A DNA stretch of 64,000 nt, from assembly GCA_026770705.1 (NCBI GenBank), contig JANJGN010000039.1, positions 8,804,001-8,868,000 of the forward strand, in the 5' to 3' direction. Below, one piece after another: positions 36,701 to 50,154 of the stretch (its first letter is position 1; every line of letters starts with the position of its first letter). The position numbers were made by a program, and so were the translations under genes. The stretch is from Isurus oxyrinchus (Eukaryota). The notes beneath the pieces are model-generated. The model made no database searches. It saw nothing but the letters and a program-made list of their open reading frames with translations, and was not told the DNA's origin.

Positions 36701-38879
36701 AATAAACTTGTTCCAACAAATTATTAATTCAATCAACCATAATCACTAATATCAAGTTCTCCAATCTATTCGTAGAACTTGTAATAATTATTTTTAGACA
36801 TATTAATATTATTATTGCATTCATATTTCTAAATCTGGCTCATAATGCTTGAAATTACAACTGGACCCTTTCCGAACGCAAGGCATTTAAACATTTCATG
36901 ACTTTGCACACATATTTTGCTCCAATTTTCTCCAATGTTAGTTGGGCTGTAGAATGCACATAGCGTTACTTAAACGGTCTGTGTTCCACCCTTCGTCGAG
37001 CAGCCTGTTTGCCAATTGGAAATACGGTTTGTAGCAAGAACCGTTTGCTGCCAATTATTTTAATGCTGAAGGAACATTTTGAAACTGACGACATCGCTTC
37101 AGTTACAGAGACAGGCTGTGGAAATTAAGGTTGGGTCGAGGGGGAGGGGAAGCAGAGAAGATGACCAGAGCGAAACACATTGAACACATGTACTCATCAG
37201 GACATGTGCTAATGATGCAGAATTAGGTTATTTTGTTAACATACTTTGAAGCCCCGTTCAATTTACTTGTATATCGTCATTTTTTGCCAAACGTTGAACT
37301 CTCCATGTAAACTTTCATTCCACCAGCATCAACATATTTGATCGAAAGATTTCTGATTTTATTCAAAGACCGAGCAACCTGCTGCTTTCTGTGGAGAAAA
37401 TTCCACAGATTCCCAACGCTTTTCAGTGAAGAAATTTGCTCACATTTTACTGATAAATGGCTAACCCTTGCCGCGATTTTCCAGTGTTTTGATTATCCAT
37501 TTACGTTCAATAATCAGCGACAGATGCATAACACAGTAACAAAACGAGTTCAGGATTGGAATTGGGTGAGGTGTTGTAGTGGGTCTGCGGCAGAGGTTAA
37601 AAGCAAAAGGAAGATTCTTACCAACAAAAAGACAAAAGAAGGTCAGATAAAGGAATAGATCTATTTGGTTTTCATCATCTTCTCCTTGATTGTTATTTTA
37701 CTGACGACAGGCAATTGGCTTCCAATATAGTTTTACGCTGTTTCATGCAAGCGTCCTCGTTCCTTGTTCCTGTTTGGGTAAACCAAAGCCCCTGTGCATT
37801 TCTATATTCAAGCGTTTCAAAACTTGAACATACTTCTGTTTACTGACTTTATTGTTAATATGTAAAAATTTTACTTTTTAATATCAGACAGCATCTGACT
37901 CCTTGTTTCACCCTTTATTTAAAATGTGCGTATCTAATTGGAGTCCATTTCTTTTCTCCTTATAGTTGACATTTCTTTTCGTCTGTTGACGCTTTCCAGA
38001 TGTAAATACATTAGTCTCCATCAGCTGATCGTTAATACCAGTTGCGAATGGCAGAGTCGCAAGCAGTAGTCCCTCTGGCGCATCCAAAGTTCCAGCCTGA
38101 CAAGTTGAAAATACCCCACCTGTTCCATCTCCCTGCTGCTTCCCTGTTACCATTTCTCCATCAATAATATCCTGACTACTTCAACTCTGCTCTTGCCTGT
38201 CACGATTTTCCGTGTCACTACACAGTCCAGACAGCTTCATGTCGAGAACGACAGCCTTTGATAGAATGAGGTAGAAAGAGAGAAAAGGTTAAAGGCCGAA
38301 AGGCACTGCAGACAAGTGGTCATATGAACTTCAATTGTAGGAGCTGCGAAGGCGACTTGTTCCTTGGAGCTTACTTTCCCACTCACATTCAACATGCCTG
38401 ATCTTTTAACTTCGCTCTACTTGTAAAAAAATTCCCAACACCTTTAATCCACTTTGTACCAAAAACACCACTGATTTTTTTTATTGTAAAAACTCAAAGT
38501 CCGAACATCAGCAGCTCTCTGCGGTTGAGAATGTCAAAGATTCTCAAACTTTTAATTGAAGAAATTTGAATATATTTTGAACTAAATTGCTGTCAGTTAT
38601 TCTGCGCCTACAAATTCTCAATTATCCAGCCAGCAGATGAGTTCATGAAAGATCACATTTGGGAGAGATGGTCGATTAGACGTGGAGGCCGATCTGAGGG
38701 GGATGTTAAGCATAATCAGTCAAAATCCACCTGATCAATTGCAAAATCATTTCGGAACTAATTTCACTGTCGCAGTCTGGCTCATCCAGAGAAGCTGATT
38801 TTAAAAAGTGGTTTGAAAGCTGATTTTTTGTGTTAAATATGGTTTGTGTGCATGCTCCGCTACTAAAAAAGTGTTTAAC

Positions 38880-40018
38880 CAGGGGCTGAACTAAGAACAG
38901 AGAAGCGCGGCGGTATTCGGGAGTTCAAAAGAAGCGCGAGAGGAGCTGGGAGTTGATAAGATGCGCGACAGGAGTCTGGAGTTGAAGAGAAGCCAGGAGG
39001 AGTGGTGGGTTGTAAAAGAGTTGGGAGAGCAGGAGCGACTAATGGATTTCAGTGACGAGGGAACGAGATCTTCCTGTGAGTACAATAAGGCAACGATTTG
39101 CTACTTTTATCGCATATACTTATTGAAGTTTCATTTTGTGGTTCATCGTTTGTCAGGGTTTTATTCTGTAACAACGAGGAGCCTTAGATTAATTGATATT
39201 ATGTGATATTAAATATATTCCTAAAGGTTTCATTTAAATTAAGTGGGTAAGCCTGGCAGCAGGGCTCAAAGCCATGGTGTGTTCCTCGTGCTCTCTGTGG
39301 GAAGCCTGGAACACTTCCAAAGCCCGGGTCCAGCATGTGTGCACAAAGTGTCGCCAGCTGCATATATTAGAAGCCCGGGTTTCGGAGCTGGAGCGGCGTG
39401 TAGGGACCCTGTGTTGCATCCATGAGGCACAGAGTATCTTGAATGGCACGTGGTCACACCACAGGCTTAGAGTCCTCACACAGGAAGGGAAGGGGTAACC
39501 ACCAGTCAGAACAAGATTACTAGACAGAGAGTGCAGGAATCTCCTGTGGCGATTCCACTGCAAAACAGATATGCTGCTATGGAAACTTTGGAGGTAGTGG
39601 CCTCTCAGGAGAAAGCAGCAGCAGCCAAATTCGTTGCCCCACGGTTGGTTTTGTTGCACAGGGGATGAGTAAAAATTGTAGGGATGCAATTGTAAAAGGT
39701 GATTCAATTGTAAGGGGAATAGATAGACGTTTATGTGGTTGCAAACGAGGCTCTAGGTTGGTATCTAGCCTCCCTGATGCTGGGGTGAAGGATGTCTCAG
39801 AGCGGCTAAAAAACATCCTGAAGTGAGAGGGTGAACATACATTGGCCGTGGTACTCGTTCTTACAAATGACATAGGTCAAAGACGGAATTAGCTTCTAAA
39901 AGCAGGATGCAAGGAATTAGGAAGTGTGTTGAAAAGTAGGACCTCAAATGATTGATCTGAGGATTACTACTTTTGTCACGTGCTAGCCAGAGCAGAAATC
40001 ACAGGACATGTCGGATGT
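38880..40018 (+). mobile_element. CR1 5' UTR plus ORF1 (zinc finger/leucine zipper, esterase), 3'-truncated at the duplication junction
   Basis: VCSSCSLWE...VCTKCRQLHILEARVSELE, then KGDSIVRGIDRRLCG...LPDAGVKDVSERL...TNDIG (SGNH-like). Confidence 0.88.
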
Positions 40019-43000
40019 TTTCCGGAGAATATTTCAAGGTCTTATCATTCTCTCATTATTTTTTCTGTCTTTTCTTTGCATCCAAGCAATATTGTCCCCA
40101 TTTCCTTTGTCTCTGCTCATGCTAGCCATTGAATCCTGAATACAAATAGGGCCGCTCATTTGTGTCACTTAAACAGTCTCCTTCAAACTTACCCAGATAG
40201 GAATGGCCACCCCCTTTCACAGGTCACTGCAGCGCAGTCCCTATCTGCCCTCAATGTGCGGTGCCAGGCCCGGTCGCCACAATTTTCCAAACCCGAGGCA
40301 CGGCTCTGTCTGCTTTACTCTTACATCGAAGCACATGCACCTTGGTACCTCCATTCTATCACACTCTTTGGGACAGTGACATTCCATCTCTATTTCCCCT
40401 CACTACCACTTGTGCCAAATTCTATTATTTTCATTGCAATACATTAAATTGCATCTGCTAATCCACTGCACATTCTGGTCGTCTCTCTATGTACAATTGC
40501 AACGGATTCGTATCATCCTCACATGTTTAACTCCCACCATGTCTGCATCACTAACACTTTTTGAGACGTTGTGCTGTAATCCAACATTCAACTGGTATAT
40601 GTCGACCAAAAATAAAACAAACCCGGATTCCTTTGGAACGCCAACGGCTACCATCATCCAGACTGATGGAAAACGATAATAAACTGTTCCTGTTTTCTGT
40701 GCATTACTGCAATTGATGCAATTGGAAAGCGACTCCTCCCCCTCCCACAATTCGCGTCTCTGTCATTTTTAATGAGCGTAAATGTTCTTAAGCAGCCTTA
40801 TCTGCGATTAGTTGTGAATTAATATCTCAAAGTCCACTTCACTAATTCATTAATTTTCTCTGTTGTGATATCAAAATGCAGGTAGTTTGTGCAAGCATAT
40901 TCTTATTTTAAGGCATGGTGTTACAAACTATTGACCATTCTTAATTAAGCTCAACTGTCTCTAATTCCCGGCTAGACTCTTGGCAGTCAGGGCAGGTTAA
41001 AGTATTCGTTTAATGCTGCAGTTGAAGAGTTAGAGCAGAGATTTAGAGAGAGTGGGGAGCTGATCACGAACAGGTGATTTTTATTTAAAAAAAGAGGAGT
41101 AGTTGAGTTGCTAGGGCAGAAAGGTAAAAGAGCGGGAGCTGAGCTGCCAGAGGAGAGATTTAAAAAGAGCTACAGCGAGATATTCAAAGTGCGGATTAGA
41201 AAGTCACTGCTCTCCCATAACAGATTTAAAAATATTGGGAGCGAGATAGTCAAAACACAGATAGGAAAGTAAAAGGCGCTCTTCTCCCAAAGCAGAGATT
41301 AATAAAAGTAAGGAAGCTGAATAGGTAGAGCATAGCTTTATAAGAAGCAGGAAGTATTGTCTAGGACATTGATTTTGCTGCAGTACAACAGAGCTGTCAG
41401 ACTGGGAAGCGCAGTATCTGTGCAGCCACAGAGACAATACTTATTTATTATTATTGATTAAGGGGGTTTTAGCATCAATCGTTCGCACAACATTCATTGC
41501 CCAGACGTAAGTACCCTTGAGAATATGGTGGTGAGCTCCCTTCTTGAATCACAGCAGGTAACCGTACAGCCAATATGCTCATAAGCAGGGAGATCCTGGA
41601 ATTTGACCCAACTACAATGATGGAACAGGGATATCTTTCCAAACAGGCTGGTGTGTAGCTTGGAGGGGAACATCCAAATCGTTGTTTTCCCATGTATCTG
41701 CTGCCCATTATTCTTCTAGATGGTTCCGGTCGTGAGTTTGGACTGTAATGTCAAAGGTTACTTTGGAAATTCAGGCAGTGCACCTTTCAGTTAAAACACA
41801 CTGCTTCTATTGTTCATCGGTTGTGGAGGGAGTCAACTTTTATTGAGTTGGTGTCAATCTACAGCTGATTTATCCCAGAAGCTGACGTGCATCTTGGATG
41901 CTTTGCAGCTATACGCACCCAATCAAGTGGGGAGTATTTCATCACAATCCTATCATCTGTGTTGTAGATGGTGGAATGGAATTGGGGAGTCAGGAGGTGT
42001 GTTACTCGCCGCAGGATTCCTTGCCTCTGAACTGCAATTGTAGACGTTCTGTTTATATGGCCAATCCAGTTCTGTTTCTGGTCATTGATTAGCGTTACAA
42101 TGCTGTTAGTGCGACTTTCGGCGATGGTAGTGCCATTGAATGCTGATGGTCGATGGTTTGATTTTCTCTTTTGGAGATATTCATTGTCTGGTACTTGTAT
42201 GGTGTCAATGTCCTTTCCCTCTCCTCAGCCAAAGCCTGAACATGCTGCATTTGGCCATGGACAACCTTATTATCTCAGGAGTGACGAACTGAGTTGAGCA
42301 TTGCGTAATCATCAGCGAACATCCCCATTTCCAACCTTAAGGTGGAGAGAAGATCATTGTTGATGGAGCTAAACATCGTTGTGTCTTGGACATTACCTTG
42401 AGGAACTGATGTTCCCTCAGGAACTAAAATGACTTGGAGCTGAGCAGTCGAGATGTATATTTAGAAAGTGCACGTGCCTAAAAGAAAGAGCAAAGATTTA
42501 GAAAAGAATTGTAGCTGAGCTGGTGGTGTGGGCATTTAGTAATTCAGGCCCTAAGCAGACTGTGTGAAGATGTCAGAAAATGGGTAGCTACTCAAAACGA
42601 CGGATCACATATGGTTTTCTGTAAGAGTAATTAAAGATTGGCAATAATTGTTTTTCTTGACAACTATGCCCCTCATGCCATGACCTAACCTGTCGTCTTT
42701 TTAATGTTCATTTATTCAAGGACAGTGGTTGTAGTTTTCTATTTAATGCCAATTTAATTGGCAGTTTTTCTGGACAATCATTTTACCGGGTGGTTAGGGT
42801 GGTGAATTAGGAATCGTCAAGACGTAATTGTATTAATATCTTTGAAAAGCGAATGACCCACATAACAGGGAGAAGCCGGATAGTGACTGCCGGCTGCATC
42901 TTCCTTAAGAGAGACAATAAGGAAAGGAGGGGCCAAATGATCTGCTTCTGTGCTGTAGACTGTATATGGTTGCATTCTATGCACGGCATTTAAGTTCAGT

Positions 43001-43159
43001 AAATTATAAGAATATGCGACGAGAAGAATTACATTATAATTTTTCACATTCAATATGCGTAGGTATACAGGGAAGGAATTTAATGTTGGGGCCATGTGTA
43101 GTCAGACGTTTCTTGGCTGGGAATTCTTGCAGATACCTGGTTGAAGCGTCACTCGCTAT

Positions 43160-43197
43160 ATCAAGTCATACATATGGAATCAAGTCATACATATGGA
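43160..43197 (+). repeat. 19-bp perfect tandem duplication ATCAAGTCATACATATGGA x2
   Basis: Read directly; not duplicated in unit A. Confidence 0.9.
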
Positions 43198-44009
43198 AAT
43201 ATTCGAGAATTATGATAACAGCCATTTGGTGTGTGTGTGTGTGTGAAAAGACCGGATAACATGGAACAGAGAGTGTTGTGAATGAGCATGTGGGGAGGAG
43301 ATAGCCTCAGCAATCGTGAAAAAAACAAGTATGAGCAATTTGCGCTTTCAAATGAATCGGAGGGAAATCGGATTTTAAAGTTCAGAATCCAATACATGGA
43401 GTCGGCTTTCAGCCCATTGGATCATGTTAATGAGTGATCAATTGTGCCACTGCCCGTCCTTTCCCAAATCACGTGATGACCAGGCCTTCCTTATTTCAAT
43501 CATGTGAGGAAATGGAAATCTGAGAAGCAGCTCATTGCGCAACTGTTCAATATTTGGAGGGTGCCAGACTTCGTGAAACATGTTCTGAAAATTCCCTCTA
43601 TGTACCAATTGCCCCAGAATAGACGTTGTAGAAAATTTGCCATGTTTGTCTAAGTTGCATTTGTCGACTTGTCGTGATCCAGCTGCTGATGCTTGGGTTT
43701 TCCCTTGTTGATCAGAACAACTGTTGCAATGAACACAAGGCTGTAAAAACCTGGCATCACAATTCATCCTTTCAAACTCTGCAACACTAACAGGAGCTGT
43801 TCAGTATTATTATTATTATTTATTATTATTATTGTTATCACAACTTACAATTCACCATTGAATAGTGTGTACTATCAAAAAGAGTTCATTATATTTTAAC
43901 AGAGCATTTTAAGTTGGATACCTTTTTTAGTAGGATATTAAACGTTGGTACAAGCGTTATTCTAACATGAGTTGTTTCAGGGCACAATGTTTATGTCCGC
44001 CTGTAAAGG

Positions 44010-44913
44010 TCAATGGGTTTTGAGGTGTAAATTGCATAGTTTTGCGCTCAGTTTCACAAGGTACTGCCTTCCGCTCTTCAGCTCCACCCTAAACCTAGCC
44101 TGTGTCAGCACATAAATGAATGCATTTGTGCAGCAACTGAGGTCCCCTAGCATGAATCCAACTGACTTAAGATCATTTGCGTCAGAATTTGAAGTGATTG
44201 CTACATGCAGAGAGATAATATATATAACAGGAGTTGTTCAGGGCAATATATAGCTGTCAGTTATACAGAGGAGTAAAATAATGGACTATCTTCGGATTTC
44301 AATTTCACAGTCCTTGTGGTGTTCTCCATTACTGCAACCGATGAGAGCTCTGCAAATTTTACTGTCTGCCAAAATACGTCTCACCGTCAAAACATTTAGC
44401 AACAAGATTAGAATGAAAGGAACACATGGGGTCAAGGTAAGGTTAAAAAATTCAAATGCGGCCCATTCAGCGGAAATGAAAAATGTCTCTATTAGGACAC
44501 AACCACGATTTACATTGTCCATTATCTACACAGGTTCATACGCAAAGTACCGTGGAATGTTTATCAAAAATCTCAAAACACTCACCACTGTTATGACAGC
44601 TACCGCTGTTGTTTCAGTGCAATATTTTTTCGCAGTTTCTTACAACATATGGCCACAAAACGATTGAAGGGAAACACCACTGTTGACCACACAGAGGCTG
44701 ATGGGACTACATAAATCAGTGTTATAGATAGATGGCACACTGTGCCCATGGTCAAGAACAAAACACGAAAATACATATCCAGCGTATTCTTCAGAATGAC
44801 TTCAGCACAAACAACCAGGAGATCCGACACGGCAATGGCGATCATATAGTGGGTAATACATTTGGAGAGGCCACACTTTCCTCGGGAAAGGATCACAATC
44901 GCAACAAAATTAA
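44010..44913 (-). pseudogene. GPR139-like GPCR pseudogene, exon 2
   Basis: 904 vs 905 nt in copy A: 1-bp loss in an A7 run (44625-44630). AAG->TAG at 44286-44288. DRF->NRF. Acceptor and terminal TGA are retained. Confidence 0.88.
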
Positions 44914-45838
44914 CTGTAAGAGAGGGATAGAGATAGCAGAAGATAGCGACACAGATGAACATGATTATTTTCTTCGTGTTGCAGCACAGGATCGTGCACT
45001 TCACCCAAGTATGCACAGACTGCTTTCTGAGGTGAGCATGTTCTAAATGTAAACTGGACCTAGTGAAAGTAGATAGGATAGGGAAACATCAATTGATAAT
45101 TCGTCTTTTGAAACGAACTTATTCAATGTAAACTGGACAACTAATTTTCAATAAAGATTGATATTGCTGAGGGCGAATGTGACCTGGACAATTTGAATGC
45201 AAACAAGCAGCTAGGCGTCGTGAACATTAAAAAGTTAAATAGGAGGTGTAAGGAGTCAATTCACTTGTGTTGGCACAAAGTGAAGTGGGAAGTTAATGGG
45301 CAAAATAGAATCTGGGCCATGTAGAGTTATACTCAGGAAGAGGTAGTGGTGCAATGCGTGCTGGGTGATCTATAGATGTAAATAAGTAATTGGAAGGATT
45401 ACTGGGCTGCAGAACTTACAGCTTGAAGGTAAAACATTGCCCAGTGGCACGAACATACTCTGAATGCTTGTGAGGGAAAAGATGGAATGATAAAAATGCA
45501 GGAACACGCAATGGTCACTGAGCTACAAAAAAAGACCAGCATAGATGAGCCCGATTTCAAGCTTATACCGGCGTCATCACAGTGGCATTACAATGACACT
45601 AAGTAAAAGGTGATGTTCTTATGCAGTTTCCCAGGGAGAAGTTTTATTCAGAGATAAGAACTGATCAATCATGAGCTTTAAGTCAGATTGAGTAACATGA
45701 GATTGATTTGCTGGCTGGACATTGTGCAGGATTATTTCAGATGAATGCATCGCTAATTCATTGCAGAAAGAGGTAAAGACACATTGCTATGCAGAATGGG
45801 TGCTGTCAGTGCGGATCAAAAGGGCAGTTTAATAGCGG

Positions 45839-45979
45839 TAAAAACAAAAAAACTGCGGATGCTGAAAATCCTAAACAAAAAGAAAAACAGAATTACCTGG
45901 AAAAACTCAGCAGGTCTGGCAGCATCGACGGAGAAGAAAAGAGTTGACGTTTCGAGTCCTCATGACCCTTCGATAGAAC
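45839..45979 (-). mobile_element. Penelope-like terminal-repeat insertion with minimal hammerhead motif; TSD TAGCGG
   Basis: Absent from unit A (empty site ~8171-8180). TAGCGG at 45833-45838 and 45980-45985. Confidence 0.85.
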
Positions 45980-47302
45980 TAGCGGACTGGGAAAGGAGAT
46001 ATTGCAATGAGATTGAGTGGGCAATATCTTTTGGCCAAAGAGGCACATATCTTGCAAATCAATGTGAATGAGCAATTCAAAGATGCGATTCTAGTGAGGT
46101 TATAACTACCGAGTAGACAGGACGGAGTTCCCATTAATTAACTGGCTGCAGAACAAATCACTTTGCTGCTGAAAGAGCAGAAGGGACTCGGTTGCATCTC
46201 AATGACAACATCCATGCTTTGAAAGCTGGAGCTTATTTTTTTTTTCTGGACACCAAGTGCATAAAATCGTGATAAAGATTGACCGTGATGGGCACAAAGA
46301 TTTGAGTCTGTAGACTAATATATGTTCAGAAAAGTGAAATTACGAATTGTCGATTACGTGACGATAAAGAACTAGTTTCTAACACACCCATGTTTAAATT
46401 AATATCTTTTACAGCTTAATTCACTTCAAATTGGCCAGGCTCGTAAACCCCATGAATCTTAGCATTATTTGTTAAAATGCATATTTCTTTTTTTTCAAAA
46501 TGCAGGATCCTTTTTAGAGTATTAGCGGTTATTCAATGCTGCATTATTATACAGTTGATTAACTTCAGACATTTACACCGATTACTGGTCAAATTAAATG
46601 TTCTATATAAGTCAAGTGAAATTGACGTGAGCCTCAGTTAATCACGGTTGCATTATGATTTTTGTTGTTTAGTTAGTAAAGTTCCATTTGCATTTTGAAG
46701 AAGAGGCTTTGCAAGTGAATCTCACTAAACTAATTTGTAACTGTCAGATATGTGATAAGGTGATGCACACGTTTATTAAATTATTTCCTGCATTTCAAAG
46801 CAAGTTAAATAACTCTAGCCTGAATTATTATTGAAAGTAAGTAATCGGCTCACTGCGAAAATTTTGTTTGTAGTTCTGGTGGCGATGCTACAGGATCGGA
46901 TTCATGGCTCTGGCAACGTGCAGAACAGCTTTCCGACTGAAATCTCCCGTCAGATTCGGCAGGCACCGATTAGGGAATGGAAAATGCACATTCTCAAAAT
47001 TATGGGATGAGTAGACAGAGAGTTTTTTCAAGTACCAACTGGCTTCATGGCTATGCAATATGGTGCAGATTGAACGTAGATTTTTCGCAAACTTGAACTT
47101 ACGGAAACAACAATGCATTGAACGTCTATTAATTGGGTGGTGAAGTAACATTTTGGATCATATTATTTCAGTAAGTTATTGTTTTATGTTTCAGATGAAC
47201 GTTGAATGAAGTAAGGCGAATGAGTCAGATAAAGCTTTTTAAAATTTTTGTATCCGATTATAAGTTGGCAAGCTTTGACCACACAAACAAAGAAAATATC
47301 TA

Positions 47303-47660
47303 GTTGAAAACAAAGAAAACTGCGGATGCTGGAAATCTAAAACAAAAACAGAATTACCTGGAAAAACTCAGTAGGTCTGGCAGCATCGGCGGAGAAGAAA
47401 AGAGTTGACGTTTCGAGTCCTCATGACCCTTCAAAATTTTTTTTTCTAGGAGGGAAATGGAAAGCAAAGAAGGTGAACAAGGCAACAGAGAGATACGGAA
47501 ATCTTGTCGCAGAGAGGAACAGAACTTCTTCAAGGAGATAGGCATTTCTTGAAGAGCAGTGGCAGTCAATTAAACACAGAGTTGAAAACAAAGAAAACTG
47601 CGGATGCTGGAAATCTAAAACAAAAACAGAATTACCTGGAAAAACTCAGTAGGTCTGAAT
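47303..47660 (-). mobile_element. Young Penelope-like insertion with partial tandem terminal repeat; 12-bp TSD AGAAAATATCTA
   Basis: TSD at 47291-47302 and 47661-47672. Identical 78-nt repeats at 47302-47379 and 47580-47657. Empty site in unit A at ~9500-9520. Confidence 0.88.
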
Positions 47661-50154
47661 AGAAAATATCTATTTGAGTTACATACACAGCCAGTTGGCA
47701 GCCTCCGATTCTCAATTCTCTAACCCGAATGCAAGCACCAAACATCGATTGACTTAATGGAGCTGTCAAAACTAATCACAAATAGCCGTGAGAACGCCGG
47801 GCAATGGATAAAAATTAAAGTTTGATTTTCTGTGAACCATGTAGGATTCACTGGAAAAGCTGGAAGCATTATTAATCAAAGTTATTTTCACTCAATTGCA
47901 TCTTAAAATAAATGTCAAAAATGAAAATTGACCTTCATTTACCCGATATCTATTATGATTTGAGCAAAGGTAATATATATATTCCTACAATGACATGCAT
48001 TTCAACTGAGAGACATAATTATCTGTGCACTGTTGTGAATTATACAAAGATTGTTATCCAAATTATCAGCACTTGAAAGAGTACCGACCAGAACTGTAAA
48101 TAAGCAAGCAGCTTAAAAATATTATAATTGAAACAATTATATAATAAAGCAGCCAATATTTGAACTCATTAATTATCAAAAAGATTATCCAATAAATAAT
48201 CAGTATACTTGCAGAATTTTCCTTCGAATAAAATTTGAAATGCCCCAGGAATGAACCACCCAATTATCTACCGAATGAAATAGTGACTTATACAAGCTAT
48301 TATCCACTATTCAGCTAACAAATTAAGTATACAGTCATCAAATATATTATCAACATTATTCCCTGCTAAATAAATTGGAGAAATGAACATATATATATGC
48401 TACAGAATTACCGATTGCTCTCTGCAACTGCAATCTGCTTCTGACCTGTTATTGATTTGCTGTTTGGGAAAAGGAACAAGGAGCAGGTGCAGTGCACTTT
48501 GGAAAATGTGCCTCTTGGTGTCGTTTCTACAAACACCCGGCTCTGAAGAACTGCAGAGTTTCCTTCACCGACCCAAATCCATATCACTTCAACTGCAATG
48601 TTCTATTCGCTATGTAATTACAAAATAACAATTTTCTATGGCATCTTTTGCATGCAAAACAGATCCTGAAGGGCTAATTCATTTCAGTGAATTTGAGAAT
48701 GTTGTGGCGAACGCACCACAGAGTGTGATCCACTGAATTGTGATTGTGGTTATGGCACATTGCTGCAGGCTCCATACCAGCAGTTACACTAGAAAAGTGA
48801 GACAAATCCTGTGGTGCAGGTTCAAAACGCTAATCGTGATTTAAGGTCATAAAGAAACATTACAGTAAGTAGGCAGCGGCCTGGATTATACGTTTTTCGG
48901 CAACGTGAGATGGTGAAATGTAAAATTAGCCCTTTTCCTATTCACCCTCCCTTAGACTACCTCCCCTTCCACAATTTCTTTAAATTCCCAAGGGGAGGAG
49001 GCCTGGAGTGATGCGAAATGGGGTCCGCATCCAATCGGCAGTGAAAGCCTGAACATCGTGCGGCAGAATGCAATGCTGTGAACAGAAAGTCGTTATAACT
49101 GAAAGCTCAAGATGACATGCTCTCAGAAACTGTTTTTCCAAAAATATTTTTAGTTGTAAGTTCAGGCAAGAAACAAAAAAGTGAAAAGTAAACATGAACG
49201 CGCCGGCACGTTCCCCAGCACAATCTGTTGCCACATTTAATCATGGTCCCGGGGCTTCTGTTCCGCAGGATGGTTGTCTGATGGTAGGTGCACAGAAACA
49301 TTCTTTTTCTTTCGTCTGGGCCACGGTAAGTGCAAAGCACGAATCAAGAAATCATACCATTGTGTCGTTCACAAGCTCAATAACTTGCTAATTAGGAAGT
49401 TTTAAAAGGTGGGCCCACCCATTCTCCATCTGCAACTGGGAGATTCATGTACGTGGCGCCATTATACCCGATGCATGACATTGATGTTCGTGCATGTTAG
49501 GCATTTTTGAGGGGGGTGTAATGTGGGGAGTGGGGTTTTCGGGTGGTGACGTGAGGGGGTGCGAGTTTCAGACGAAATTTTCATCCAATCTTTTTGGTTA
49601 AGGATTTAATATTCAGGAGCGAATTCGAAATATACGTTCTCAGTTAGGGGCCAGTGTTCTCCGAAATAATTTACATTTAAACATGCATTTCCTAGTTATT
49701 CTTTGTTGAGCCGGACAAAAGAAATAGCCAGGGCCGCGATTTCAATAACAAAAGGATATCAATATTCATAGAATCGTCATCATGCAACGTTTTATTTTCT
49801 TTGGCTATATTGTCAAGATTAGCACTTTTATTTCCGTTTTCACTAATTCTTCTTGAAAGTAAGGGTTTTCTAGTGTTGCGGTCCATGTGAAACGGGTGCA
49901 CACACAATGCTGCGAGCGATGGATTTCCAGGTTTTTGATCCAGTGACAATAAAGGAACTGTGATGTATCTGCAAGTCAGCTTGGTGCGTGACTCGGAAAG
50001 GATTTTGTAATTCAAAGCGTTCCCATGACACTTCTATTGTTGCCCTTCCAGGATTTTGAGATCAAATGCACAAACGAAGGAACATTGCCGACATCTGCCC
50101 TATGTCTAAAACAGCAGCAAGCAAAGCTAACAACATGGCTTAACCTGGTGAATT

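Noticed and set aside
47302-47657. Direct repeats as a CRISPR-like array
   Set aside because: Only two copies, eukaryotic context, TSD-flanked; explained by Penelope terminal-repeat structure.
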